From contig CBFFRQ010000042.1 in NCBI GenBank assembly GCA_965644315.1, positions 1 through 64,000 on the forward strand: a stretch of 64,000 nt of DNA, in the 5' to 3' direction. Shown piece by piece: positions 44,035 to 55,908 of the stretch. The translations under genes and the position numbers were made by a program. The DNA comes from Caecitellus pseudoparvulus. Taxonomy: Eukaryota; Protista; Bigyra: Bicosoecida. Positions within the stretch are counted from its first letter, which is position 1, and each line of letters starts with the position of its first letter. The notes under the pieces were generated by a model. It worked only from the letters and a program-made list of their open reading frames with translations. It did no database searches and had not been told where the DNA came from.

Positions 44035-46366
44035 TCACTCAGCGGACTGCAGCGCCACGTCAATGTCTGCTCCCAACGCCTGCAACTCCAGCACGCTGGC
44101 CGCATCCAAGTACAAACCCCCTTCAGTGTCAACCTCTACCAGTCCTGCCAGCGCGCCAGTGGCGAAGCAAGCCTGCACACGGCGCAGCACCTGCGTCGCC
44201 AGTGCTTGCCCCGCCGCCGCTTCCCCGCCCAAGTCAGCCCCTGCGCCCTCTTCAGCTGCGTGGGGCGCATCCGTAAACAGCTGTGTGCTTGGCGCACCAG
44301 GTGACGTTCCCAGTCGCTCAGCTGGAGCGCGGTCTGACCGGTGGAACGGCGACGGTGTGGGGGACGGCGGGGGAGACCACACAGCGTCGGGGAAGCACGC
44401 GATGAGGTCCGCGCCAGACACTGGCCCAGAGGCCCTGGCTGCGTCCAGCGCCTGCAGGAGCTGGGCTAGAGTGGCGCAGTGCAGCTGGAAGTCTCGTCGT
44501 GCCCGCTGAAGCGCAAAGCTGTCCTGGGACACGAACAGCAGCACGGCATCTGAGCCTTGCAAGTCGCCCGCCAGCACCTGCCCCACGCGCAAGATGATGC
44601 CGTCAGTGCTTTCGTGCAGCTGTGCACGCACGTCACCGACGTTGCGCGCGGCGGCACCAGGGGTGTCCCCGGTCGCTGTGGCCAACACCCTGTCCTCTGC
44701 ATCGTCCCTGGCCAGCCAGGACAGGGCGCCCGACGACATGCCCTTGTCCAGGATGCCACCTGACTTGACAAATGCGGAGATGGCTGACCTGCGCGTGTGG
44801 AATGCAGCTGAGGACTCGCCGTGCTTTCGGCACTTGAGGCCATCCAGCTCGCCGCGCACCGTATCAGCCAGCACCATCACCACGGCAGGGTCCCCACCCG
44901 ACCCGCCAAGCATCTCCAGAGCATCTTCCATGGATGTGAAGGGAATTCCCAGGTCCTGTTGCCCTGCCGCTCCCAGCAGGTACAGGATGACGTTGGTGTC
45001 GAGGAGGAGGTACACCTGGCTCGGCCTCTGGGTGCCCTCCGCAGGCGTGGTCGGCAAGGCTGGCACGCTCTCACTTGCAGCACTGGCCTGCTCGATCGGG
45101 TAGGACGGGATGGAGGCTGCGCCGGCTGGGGCAGCTGAGGGAAGCACAACACGCTTGCGCAGGCTCTGCCACGACTGCCGCTGGTTCTCAAACCACGGCA
45201 AGTGCATAGCCACTGGCCCACAATCGGCACGGTCATGGCACACACATTTGTGCAAGCAGCAGCCCCGTTGCATGTGAGCAAAGCACAGGAAAGGAGGACC
45301 TTGCCCCCGTGTCTCACGACCCACACAGCCCCAGCCCTGCGTCGCACCCTCCAGGGCCACGCGGTCAATCAAGTTGTACTCCAGGCGCATCCACAGCGGC
45401 TTGCAGCTGGTCAGGTCCACCGCGGCCCAGTCAGGCCGCAGGGGCAGCCCCGAAGCTGTCCGCGCGTCGTCCACCACGGCAGGTCCCCGCCCGCCCCCTG
45501 GCCTGACAGGCAGCTGCCGCGCCTCTGCCAGCTGTGCGGCTGCGGCAAACAGCGCCTCTGCACCGAGAGCCGTGATTTTGTTGTGGCTCAAGTGCACCTC
45601 GGCGATGGGGCTGGCTGGCTGGCTGGCGCCCTGGTGCAGCATGATGGCCGCCACGCTTGCTGCGCCGGCGTCCCCGATGGCATTGCTGTACAGCCGCAGG
45701 CGGCGCACGAAACACCGGCAGCGATTGAGCAAGTCAGTGAGGGTGTCTTCCAGTGCCTGGATGCCGGCGTCATTCAAGATGTTCTCCTCGAGGCAGATGG
45801 TCAGCTCCAGCAGAGTTTCGTTGCCAGCACCACTTGTGAGAGAGGCAGCAGCTTCCCCCTCCACTGCAGCCTTGAACTGGGCAAGCAGCGGGGCAAGTGT
45901 GTCATCCGTGACACCCTTACGAGCAGCATTCAATGATATCCGCCTCCCATCCACGTGGACCAGCGGCAAGCTTGCAAACCTGCTGTCTCGCGGGGAAGGC
46001 GTGGCATGGCCTCGCCCTCCGCGCCGCCCACCACGCCGCGGCGTCCCAGCAGGCGAGGAAGACCACCCTCGGCCTCTTGACCCTCGATGGGGTGTGTGAT
46101 GACGGTGGCCATCAGGACTTCCATATGAAGATCCGTGCGTCGAGTGTGACACTGTAGAGTCGGCATCGTCGTCTGCGTGGTGTCTGCGAAAGCCACCACG
46201 CCCGTGCCTGTGGTTGTCCTGCGGCTCAATATGTTGGCCTGCACCCCTGCCCCGGCCTCCGCGGCCCCGATGACCCCTTCCTCTGCCCCTCACTCCAGCA
46301 AGTAATTCATTCAGACCCCCGCCATAGCCTCCTCCCCGGCCACCTCGGCCACCTCTCCGGCCTCCT

Positions 46367-46397
<31 letters not shown>

Positions 46398-46464
46398 CTC
46401 CTCCCCGGCCTCCTCCTCGGCCTCCTCCCCGGCCACCTCCTCGGCCCCGATTGTTGCCCGACAT
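44035..46464 (-). CDS. RGG-repeat + LRR + PIN-domain ribonuclease-like protein
   Basis: (GRGG)n N-terminus; LRRs LEENILNDAG, LYSNAIGDAGA, LSHNKITALGA; PIN motifs LLLDTNV, ELDGLK, TDGII, FVSQD. Confidence 0.8.
46328..46449 (-). repeat. 12-nt tandem repeat encoding RGG/GRGG boxes
   Basis: CCTCCTCCTCGG / CCTCCTCCCCGG units on the + strand. Confidence 0.85.
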
Positions 46465-46534
46465 GCTACTTTACACCCAGGACACGCTGCAAACAGTGTT
46501 GTAACAGTAGAGCATGAATTGTTTCCGAAGTGCG

Positions 46535-47503
46535 TCACTTGCGCAGGGCTGCCAAGCGGGCTTCGAAGTCGGACATGCCCCCCCCACCACCACCTCCCGC
46601 CGGCGGCCCGTCACCGCCGCCCCCGCTGCCGCCACCTGCACCCTGAGATGACGTAGGTGCAGCAGCTGCAGCAACAGCCACTCGGCCCTGCCCTGCTGGT
46701 GTGGCTGCCGCGGCGCTGGCAGTGCCGACGGGGCCTAACGCGTCCATCTCCACGGCGATCTCCAGGCCATTCTGTGCAGCCACCTCCTGCATCAAGCTCT
46801 GTACTTGATCATCGGGGGTGCTCAGTGCTGTCGTACTGTCGATGGCGTCCTCCATGTACCCTGACCTGACGTCCAGGGTGTCAAACTGCGTCTCGAAGCG
46901 CTCTGTCACCTTGGCCAGCTTGGTGATGTCCATGGTCTCCAGCACGCTGTCCATGCCGGAGACGATGGAGCCCATGGCTTTCGTGAGGTTATTCATGCGT
47001 ATGGCCGTCTCGACCCGCGCTGCCACGGCGTCCAGTCGCGAAGACAGCTTCAGCAGGCTCAGCGCCTGCCCCTTCTCCCGGATGGCGCTGCTGGCGTACT
47101 CCTTCGCCACGGCAGTGTTGCCTTTCCGCAGCGCGTCGGCGGTCTTCTTCTTCATTGCTGCTTCTTTCTTCTCGCACTTCTTGCTCATACGTGATAGCTG
47201 CTTCGAAGCGAACTTCATGTTGAACAGCGTCTCTGCACAGCACACGCGCAAAATGGTGTGCGCCAGTACCAGTACGCGGCACGGGCACACGCCCGCACCA
47301 GCGCGAAACAGCAACACATGATAGCAAGCAACATGCAAGTAAAGCAACTGCTTCGATGTGTTTACGTCCTTTGGCGCAAACACCGGCTGCAGGGCGCCTC
47401 AGACCAAAACAGTGTTGGCGGGGACGTTGCATGGAAACGTCGCGGTGTACAGGCACGCGGAGCTCTCGGCGCCCACCCGCTCACCTTGCATCTTCCGACT
47501 CAT
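46535..47503 (-). CDS. CHMP1: ESCRT-III subunit CHMP1/Did2/Vps46; 2 exons
   Basis: Intron 47233-47484 gives MSRKMQETLFNMKFASKQL; SSRLDAVAARVETA; C-terminal MIM1-like DFEARLAALRK. Confidence 0.92.
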
Positions 47504-47931
47504 GGCTGGCGAAAACTTTATGCAGGTGGCGACTACTACAGCGCAGGCTGCTTTCGGACGGGGCGATCCTGCAGCTCAGACAGCTGCTGCCTTGGCGGGG
47601 TGGTGGCCCGCCTGCGTCTGGCGCTGGCAAAGGAATGCGTGGGCTGCCTCGCACTGCTCTGAGGGACGCGAGGAGAGGGTCGAGGTGCCGTAGAAATAGC
47701 GGTAAAATCACTTCTTCAGCGCAGTGAGAGGCTGTGATGGGTGACCAATTGTTTGTGAAGCGCAGTGCCAAGTGTGCATGGGTGCGCTGCGCATCACAGC
47801 GCGCACACAATTCAACCCCCGCTCGCAAGCATCGCAGCACAGGAAACGCTCTCCAGCAAGGCGTGGGGCCATTCAGCTGCAACCACGGACGTACTCGGCA
47901 GGCCCACAGCTGCAGGCTCAGCGTGACAAGC

Positions 47932-49613
47932 ATGTCTCTCGTCGTGACGCAGACGCAGCATGCGACGTCTGACTTCCTGGAAGACCGCCACCCATTCCAA
48001 GATACCCCAGAGAACTTCACCAGCATTGTGAACCCCCATGAAGTGAAGGTGGCCTTCGGGCGCAGGTGAGAGGGACAGCGACTCGAGATTGCACGGGAAT
48101 CGATTTCCGCAACTCCACCCGCCACGCTGAATGCAGAGGCATGCAGAAGCTCGTGGACGTGCTGGCGTTCGACGGCGCCAGCAGCAAGGAACTGGAGCAC
48201 TCTCTCCTGCTTGTGCACGGGCAGTTGACGACGCAGGAGAAGAAGATGGAGGCGCTCAGCGCCGGATGCGTGCCAGCCTGCACAGCCCTCCTGGCGCACG
48301 AGACGCCTGAAGTCCGCGGCAACGCGGCACTGGTGCTGAGCGCCTTGGCCCCGCAGCTGCAAGCTCGGTGGGGCATGCAGCGGAGCAAGACACCAGAGGC
48401 CTTGGCGCCGCTGCTCCGCGATGGGGATGGCCGAGTGGCCCGCGCAGCTGCAGCAGCTCTCAGCAGCCTGTGCATGGTGCAGGACGGCGCTGGGGTGGTG
48501 TTTGAAGCTGAAGGCGTGGTTGGAGCCATGGTCAGTGCTCTGGAGGTGTACCCCTGGCCAGCACTGTCCCTGGCCAACTTCGTGCCCTGGTACAGTGACT
48601 TTGGCCAAGCTGCGGTGAAGGCAGGTGCAGTCGCAGCGCTGCTCAAGGTTGTGCAGAACACCGCAGCGCCTGAAGTTGCCCTGCGACGCGCTTGCTCAGC
48701 ACTGAGGTGCCTGGCCACCACGCCCGAAGGCAAGGAGGCCTGCACTGACCTGCGGGCGGTGGAGGTGCTGGTGCCGCTGCTGGCGCACGCGTGTCCGAAA
48801 GTGCGCTGTGCTGCGAACGGCACCCTGCCGCTCCTGGCAGCGGGCAGTCTGAACTCTTTCCCTCAGTTTGCGGAGTTGGGAGCACGAGGCGTGGCTGCCG
48901 TGTGTGGGCGCCTGGCTGATGACGACGAGCGCGTGCGCACCAACGCAAGGCAAGGCGTTTTGCATTTCGCCAAAGACCCCGAACTGTGCAAGCGCCTGGC
49001 GCACTTCACCCTGGAAAATCTAGGGTGGGAGGCGTTCTTGCATGTGTTTGGCACGGGTTGCGCCCACGCTCTGGTCACTGCGCTGGCGTTCCCGGCGGGG
49101 TCAGTCGTGGCGTCGCAAGCGGCCCGTGCTGCGTACGAGTTCTTGGGCGAGCCGGGCGGCCCCGCCGCCTTGGCAGCCGCGCAGCACATAACCCCCACCC
49201 TGCTCTTTGCTGCCGTCGCAGCAGCAGATGGTGGTGCCACGCTTGCGGTGCGGGATGTGGCTGCGTCGCAGGCCCAAGCAGCCGCCTACGCTGCAGAAGG
49301 CTCTGCGTCACACGCTGGCGCCGGCGCAGATACAGACCCCACTCCCGCGCCGTCTGCGCCGGAACAAGGCTCTGAAGACGTTGCAAGTTTGTGCTGCGCC
49401 GTGCTGGTGGAGCTGGCGCACCGTTTTGGCGACGTCGCGTCCGCCTTGACGGGAACAGTGCAGGGTTCCGCCTTTGACGGCTCCGCTGCAGTTGCGGAGG
49501 ACCTGCGGCAGCGCCTGCCCACGCTGCTGTCCTCCCCAGCTGGAGCAGATCTCGCTGCCCTGCTCCTGCCCCCTGCTGATGCAGAGCACGAGGACAGTGA
49601 CGCTGACCCGTGA
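47932..49613 (+). CDS. ARM-repeat protein, radial spoke head 14 (RSPH14/RTDR1)-like; 2 exons
   Basis: Intron 48066-48135 gives VKVAFGRRGMQKLVDVL; ARM repeats incl. LATTPEGKEAC. Confidence 0.65.
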
Positions 49614-49824
49614 ACAATGCTGCACGTCGTGGTGCGAGGCGTGAGTCACCCACAGCTGCCGGGCAGCAGTCACGGCGGCCGGGCACATTTGAAAGTCAAC
49701 CCAGCAATTGAATGCCACTGCCGCGATTGGCTGCAACGATCTCTGAGCAGCGTTCGAGCTGTTTCTTGCCCTCGTGGCATGTGTGCCCGGGTCAGGTGCA
49801 ACACTGGCAGCTCAGGCGAGTCCA

Positions 49825-51928
49825 ATGCAGAGCGTGACGGTGCGCAGCAAGGCGCTGCAGACCAGCGATGAGTTACAGGCACGTGCAGCTGCTCTGCGGC
49901 AGCAGCGTGAGATCCTGTCGGAGCGCAGGGCTCTGCTGGAGAGTGCGTGGCGAGCGCTTGGGCGACCGTTGCGCAGACCGGCGTGGCTGTGACGATGCAA
50001 ACTGAGCTCCCTGTCGCAGACCTGAACCTTCGGAGAGGCCACAGTCGAGCTGAGATGGAGAAGGCTGCCGCTGCTGGGCTTGAGCGCCTCAAGCAGCGGG
50101 TTGCGCTGCGCGCACAGGAGGCTCGCAAGCGCAACGCCAAGCTACTGGGAGACATCTCCGCCCTAAAACTGCAGAACGAGGCCCTGCGGAGCAACCCCGC
50201 GTCGAAAGATTCATTGCAAGCTGCAAGGGTGAGATGTCTTCGTGCATGCCCAGGTGCCCGTTGCCGCTACAGGGACAGGAGGCCTCCGTGCTGGTGGCCG
50301 TCGCGGGATGAAACGTCACGGTAACGCTTGCGCCCTGCCGACCGCCGCAGGAGAACTTCGTGGAAAAGGTCGCGCCTGCTGCCGAGTCCTGGCACGCCCA
50401 TCTGCAGAGCCTCCGCACTCAGCGGTTGCTCAAGGTGCAGTCCGCAAGGCACAAGGTCGCCGCCAGGCGCGTACAAGCCGAGGTGCAGTTCCAGCAGGAG
50501 GTGGACCTGTCCCGACGGCTTGCTCGACAGCAAAAGGACCTGGCTGTGGAAGTGGCTGGCGCACGCACGGACATGTTGACTCGCTCCCTGCGCCGCACAG
50601 AGCTGCAGCGCGAGTCTGAGCGCCTGGGCGGCGTCGTGACCCAGGCAGAGGCGGCTGCCGTCCGCTCAGCGCTTGCCAAGCACTCCACCGCCATCCAGGA
50701 GCTGGAAACCTCCCTGCAAGAGACGTCGCAGGCAGTGTCGCAGCTGTTCTCAGAGGAGGGGGCTGCCAGGGCGCCGGTGCCGCCGCCTGAAGCAGGCGCC
50801 GACGCGCCAGTGTTTCCCCCCGTCGGGCCGGGCTTCCACCCGGACCCACGCACTGCCAGCGATGCCCTGCACGTGCCGCACACCACCTCTCGACCTCCAC
50901 TGGGGGCAGCGTCCTCCATCGCTTCCTCCTTCACCTCTGATGTGCCGCTGTCCACCAGCGGCGTTTCTGCCGCGGCGCCTACCCCCAGCCACGTGCCAGG
51001 GCACAGCCTGCCGAGTGCACGCCACTCCTCCCCACCGCCTCCAGACAGCAGCAGGATGCCACAGCAGACCAGTGCCCCCTCGCAGTCCCAGTCTACAGCT
51101 GGGTCAGGCGCTGCCTCCGTCGCATCCTCCCACTCCAGGGGCTCCGTATCCTTCGCGGGTGAGCGCCTGCCCCCGGCACACACACCAACACCCAGGGCCT
51201 CCTCCACGCCACCGCAGGGCCAGTCCACAGCACAAGACAGCACACTGGCACTGCCCGGACCCAGCCCCAGCCCTGGGCCCGGCACCGCTCGCTCTGGCCA
51301 AGCCTCCCCCCCAGCCACGCCACTTCAAGTCGCAGGGGATGCCTTCACGCACGAGCCCCAGCCTTCGCAGACCTCATCCTTGCCCGACCCCCCACCTTCC
51401 CCTGCACCCACTCCAGGTGCTGGGGCACCTCCAGGCCCTGTCCAGCCGGCCACCGGCGTGGCTGAGCCCACACCTGCCACACCGCTGGCTGGGGTGGCTG
51501 GGGATGTACTGGCAGGCTCCCCCTCGGAGGCAGGTGGGCAGGGACGCGACGTAGCCGATGCAGAGGACCGGGCCTCTGTTGCGTCCAGCGCCGGCGGCAG
51601 CATCTCGGAGGTGCTGGGCTTCTCGTCCAGCTTTGGCGGCTTCGGCACCTCCTCCGCCCTGGCGAGGGGGGCGGCATCCCGGAGCAGGCCCGCATCCACC
51701 ACCGCCACACCCAGCCAGGCCCCCACATCCACCACCACGACACCTGCCGCGTCTGCACTGGGCGGGCAAGAGCTCGTGTTCTCGTCCATGGGCCGCCGGC
51801 GTGGAGGCGGCCAGACCGCTCAGACGCCCCAGGCACCCGCGCCTGCGCCAGCACCCACCCCAGCAGCATCCAACACCCAAGTCATTGACCTGGGTGCCGA
51901 TGACGAGTTCATTGATGAAGACTACTGA
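49825..51928 (+). CDS. Coiled-coil protein with Ser/Pro-rich tail; 3 exons
   Basis: GT-AG introns near 49943-50019 and 50230-50351 join ORFs 49774, 49947 and 50360. Confidence 0.6.
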
Positions 51929-52094
51929 AGCCCTGCAGTTGTGCGTGCAGCCTTTGGGTTGCGGAAAGCACTTCAGCCTGCTGAAATGGAAGAGCTGCTG
52001 GCTAAACAAATGCAAAGTCCCCACGACAAACAAGGGGCGTACCGGGAGAAGATTGCGCGTTTCCTTCACTGCTTCGCTGTCTGCTGCCTTCTCA

Positions 52095-54413
52095 ATGGCT
52101 CTCCGAGTGCGCCTTGCGCGTGCCGGGGTGCACTCCAAGCGACTGACCAGACCAGTGTCGAGGGCAGCCTCCACGGCAACTGCGCTGGGACAAGGAGCGG
52201 GTGACAACCAGCCAGGCGTGGGGCAGTGGATGCAGTTGCAAGATGCAGATGCTCGCCCCTTCTACCATTGCCTGACCACGGGGCGTTCTGTGTACGAAGT
52301 GCCGGCCAGCCACAGGGAGTATGCGGAGATACTTGCCAACGGCAGGGCTTGCACGCCACCGCGGGCCTCAACACGCCCAAAGGAGCCAGTTTGGATCCAG
52401 CACGAGACAGAATCCAAGCAGCCCTACTTCTTCAACCCCCAGACCGGCACTTCCACGTGGCAGCTTCCCCATGGCGCTGCAGTCAAGCGGTGGCAGCCTT
52501 CACAGCAGCTGCAAGGCAGCGAGCCAGTCTCAGAGTCGCCAGCCTCTTCTGCCGCTGCAGATGGGAAAAGCACACCTGCAGGGGCAGGAGGCTCTGGAGG
52601 AGGAGGTTGGTGGCAGTCCTTCGCCTCCAAGTACTTGTATAAGGAAGCAATCGTAGCACCCGACGGCTACAACCGCTGGCTGAACGTGCCTGCCAGCGTC
52701 ATGGTGCAGCTCAGCATCGGCTCGGTGTACGCGTGGAGCATCTTCAACAGCCCTCTCACACGAGATCTGGGTGTCGTGGCGCCTGCTGCCGACGACTGGA
52801 CTCTCAGCGCCGTCGTGCCCATCTTCAGCGTGTGCGCGTTGACTCTGGGCGCCTGCACGGCAGGCCTCGGCAAGTGGGCTGAACGGGTGGGCCCACGCAT
52901 GGTGGCTGGCACTGCCGCACTGTGCTGGGGAGGTGGCCTCGCCGTCACGGCCTTGGGCTGTGCCGCTCACCAGCTGCCCTTGCTGTACCTCGGGTATGGA
53001 GTCCTGGGAGGGCTGGGGTGGGGGCTGGGCTACATCTCCCCTGTGTCCACCCTCCTGCGGTGGTTCCCAGATCGCAAGGGCCTGGCTGCTGGCTTGGCCT
53101 TGACGGCCTTTGGAGGCGGCGCCATGGTGGCCACCCCCCTCAATGAGGCGCTGCTGCAGTACTTCAGCAGCGCCCCAGCTTATTTGGGCCCAGTTGACGA
53201 GCTGGCCCTGGTGACTGACGCAGGCAAGCGCTTTGTGGAGACGCAGGGTGGTCTGCGGGAGGTAGTGGTCGCCACGGCCCGGGACGTCGCCGCCTTCTCG
53301 GGGGACCTGCCGCCGGGGGTGTACGAGGTTGGGACAGGTGACACCGGCGCCAGGAACACCTTCCTCACCTTAGCTGCCCTGCACACGGCGTCCATGCTGG
53401 GGGGTGCCGCAGGGCAGCGAGTCCCAGCTCCAGGATGGACCCCGCCAGGGTATGTGGAGCCTCAGGCCGAGGCTGGCCAGGCCAGTGGGGGCTCCCCCAA
53501 TGCGGCCATCGCTGCGACGGGCAACGTGGATCCCGATGAAGCCCTGCGCACGCCGCAGTTCTACATGCTGTGGGCGGCAGTGGCCGGCAACGCCATTGCC
53601 GGCGTCTCCGTCATCTCCTGCGCCAAGACGCTCATGACGGACTGCTTCTCCACCGCCCTGCCCGGCGTCGTGACGGCTGGCTTTGCCGCGACGTACGTGG
53701 CGGCGCTGTCCGGCGCCAACATGATGGGGCGCTTTGGCTGGTCCTTCGCCAGCGACTTCCTGGGCAGGAAGAACACGTACGGCCTGTTCAGCCTCGGCAT
53801 CCCCACCGTGCTGGCCCTGCCGGCCCTCACCTCCTGGGTGTCCACAGACGCCTCACTGGCGCCCCTCGTGCTCTTCTACGGCGGCACCTGGCTCGTCGTG
53901 TCCTTCTACGGCGGCGTCTTCTCAGTCCTGCCTGCGTACCTCTCCGACCTGTTCGGGCAGAAGCACGTCGGCGCCATCCATGGCCGCCTGCTGACGGCCT
54001 GGGCGGCGGCGGCGGCAGGGGGGCCAGCCCTGCTCGCTGCCCTGCGCAGCTCCTCTGAGCGCAGCGCCATCGCCAAGCTGGTAGAGGCTGCTGACGAGAG
54101 CGCGTTCCGGGAGCACTTTGGGGCGGGCAAGGAGGAGCTGGAGGCCCTGCTGGCGGCCAAGTCTGTGAACATCTCCCAGCTCATGCAGGTGGTGCCGCCC
54201 GGCACTGTGGACCCCACGCCGACGCTGAACAACAACACCATGTACGCCATGGCGGGGCTGCTGACAGTGGCCATGGCTTGCAACGCCGGCCTGCGCCGCA
54301 TCGACCCCAAGCACTACATCGAGAACAAGGCGCCAGCCATCGACGCAGACTTCAGGCGCGTGGACGAGGCAGGCAAGGCGACGGGGGACGAAGGCAGGCC
54401 GGTAGGGACATGA
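52095..54413 (+). CDS. MFS transporter (oxalate/formate antiporter-like) with two N-terminal WW domains
   Basis: WMQLQDADARPFYHCLTTGRSVYEVP and WIQHETESKQPYFFNPQTGTSTWQLP; IGSVYAWSIF, WFPDRKGLAAG, HVGAIHGRLLTAW. Confidence 0.88.
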   Translation: MALRVRLARAGVHSKRLTRPVSRAASTATALGQGAGDNQPGVGQWMQLQDADARPFYHCLTTGRSVYEVPASHREYAEILANGRACTPPRASTRPKEPVWIQHETESKQPYFFNPQTGTSTWQLPHGAAVKRWQPSQQLQGSEPVSESPASSAAADGKSTPAGAGGSGGGGWWQSFASKYLYKEAIVAPDGYNRWLNVPASVMVQLSIGSVYAWSIFNSPLTRDLGVVAPAADDWTLSAVVPIFSVCALTLGACTAGLGKWAERVGPRMVAGTAALCWGGGLAVTALGCAAHQLPLLYLGYGVLGGLGWGLGYISPVSTLLRWFPDRKGLAAGLALTAFGGGAMVATPLNEALLQYFSSAPAYLGPVDELALVTDAGKRFVETQGGLREVVVATARDVAAFSGDLPPGVYEVGTGDTGARNTFLTLAALHTASMLGGAAGQRVPAPGWTPPGYVEPQAEAGQASGGSPNAAIAATGNVDPDEALRTPQFYMLWAAVAGNAIAGVSVISCAKTLMTDCFSTALPGVVTAGFAATYVAALSGANMMGRFGWSFASDFLGRKNTYGLFSLGIPTVLALPALTSWVSTDASLAPLVLFYGGTWLVVSFYGGVFSVLPAYLSDLFGQKHVGAIHGRLLTAWAAAAAGGPALLAALRSSSERSAIAKLVEAADESAFREHFGAGKEELEALLAAKSVNISQLMQVVPPGTVDPTPTLNNNTMYAMAGLLTVAMACNAGLRRIDPKHYIENKAPAIDADFRRVDEAGKATGDEGRPVGT

Positions 54414-54414
54414 A

Positions 54415-55908
54415 TTACACGTGCACGCCGAGCGCGTGCAGACGCCGCAATGTGGCGGAGATGTCGTGCAGGCGAGCCTTGACTGAGGTGTGGAAGTCGC
54501 GAGGCGGCAGGCGGCCCCTCGCACTCCACTCGTCTCCCCCAGCACGCCAGACAGCACGGGAGTATGCTGTGCTGCGGAGCCGCTTGGTACTGGCAGCATG
54601 TGTGTGCTGCGTGTCAGCCTTCCGCGCTGCTTTCCGGCCGATGACGGTGTCAGCCATGGCGCGCACAGCATCGGCGGAGGAGGGAATGCCCCGTCCGTGA
54701 GCGCCCAGCACCACCCCACTGCGCTCAGCGCCCAGCACGGCCCAGGTGCTGTCCAGAGCAGTCGTGTGGGGGGTCGCAGGAGGTGGCTTGTGTCCGATAA
54801 ATACAGTGTCCACCGCTGACGACTGCCGGCTGCGAGCTGAGGTCGTGGAGTGCGCAGACGACGGACGGCTGCCCGTGCTGTGCTGGGCGCCTGCTCGGAG
54901 CTGGTTGTGGCGCAGCGTGGATGCAGCAAAGCTTGAAGTGCCCAAGGCGGGCTGTGTGGCGTGCTGCAGCTGAGAGGACGTGAAGGAGGGCAGCAGGCTG
55001 CCAGCCGAGCGGCTTGCCTCGTGCTGCTGGCTCGCTTCCTTTTGCGCTTCGTCTGCCTGGAGCATGAGGCGGGTGGAAGAGGCGAGCGGCGGCCCGCACA
55101 CCACCTGCACGGAACCTGATCCCGTGCGCATGCCGACAACCCGAGGAGTAGGAGGAGGCGGGTGCGAGGGAGTGGTATGCCTCGCCCGTCTCAGTGGTGC
55201 AGCCCGCCGAGGCAACGAATCAACCGCGTCAGCCCGTGTGGTGAATCGCAGCCCTTGGTCGGCACTGTATGATGCATCCAACGCTGTGGGCGCGTCCGAG
55301 GGATGCGAAGCTGGCAAGGTGCGCCGCTTGGTGGCAGCCATGGCCAGCGTCCGCCGAGCTGCCTTGGTGTTCCAGTCAGCACTGCGCAGGCGTCCCGGGT
55401 CGTCTGCTGGGTGGCAACGATACCGAGGGCGACTCAGCCTGTAGCATGCTTCCTGCTGTGCGGCACGTCTCGAAGCGCGGTTGCCGTCTCCCTGGGCGGA
55501 CCAATCACTGCGCGCTGTCGCTGCAGTTGGGATGTCAATGCGGTCAACAGCTGCCTTAAGCTGAGACACGAGCTTACTGATGTCGGCAGAAGTGGAAGGC
55601 ACTTGTACTGACTGTGATGCAGAACTCCGCTCAACATGTTTACGAACATTTCGCTGGGAATTCTGATATCGTTGCGTGCGTGTCAGGTGTCGCTGCGGAA
55701 ATTGCTCTGCTCCCTGGTCATCAGTTGCAGCGCCCCACCCAGCGCCTGCGCTGAAGCTAGACGCAGAGCTCGCGGCCGAGCTGACATCGATTGGAGATAT
55801 ACGCAGTCCTGATTCGTGAAGACTGTCGCTGGCGCCACTGGAAGCGCAGGGGCTGCTCGACATGTCTGCGTGGTCGCGCCGAAATTTGGCCAACACGCCC
55901 TGCACCAC
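54415..55908 (-). CDS. Hypothetical low-complexity protein (5' end unresolved)
   Basis: 497-aa ORF convergent with the MFS gene; no family recognised. Confidence 0.5.
   Translation of the reverse strand: MVQGVLAKFRRDHADMSSSPCASSGASDSLHESGLRISPIDVSSAASSASSFSAGAGWGAATDDQGAEQFPQRHLTRTQRYQNSQRNVRKHVERSSASQSVQVPSTSADISKLVSQLKAAVDRIDIPTAATARSDWSAQGDGNRASRRAAQQEACYRLSRPRYRCHPADDPGRLRSADWNTKAARRTLAMAATKRRTLPASHPSDAPTALDASYSADQGLRFTTRADAVDSLPRRAAPLRRARHTTPSHPPPPTPRVVGMRTGSGSVQVVCGPPLASSTRLMLQADEAQKEASQQHEASRSAGSLLPSFTSSQLQHATQPALGTSSFAASTLRHNQLRAGAQHSTGSRPSSAHSTTSARSRQSSAVDTVFIGHKPPPATPHTTALDSTWAVLGAERSGVVLGAHGRGIPSSADAVRAMADTVIGRKAARKADTQHTHAASTKRLRSTAYSRAVWRAGGDEWSARGRLPPRDFHTSVKARLHDISATLRRLHALGVHV

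Noticed and set aside
49825-50400. Possible kizuna-like centrosomal protein
   Set aside because: Resemblance limited to a generic coiled coil (EARKRNAKLL); too weak to name
51558-52094. N-terminal extension of the MFS ORF
   Set aside because: Overlaps the upstream gene and intergenic DNA; ATG 52095 begins a plausible targeting peptide
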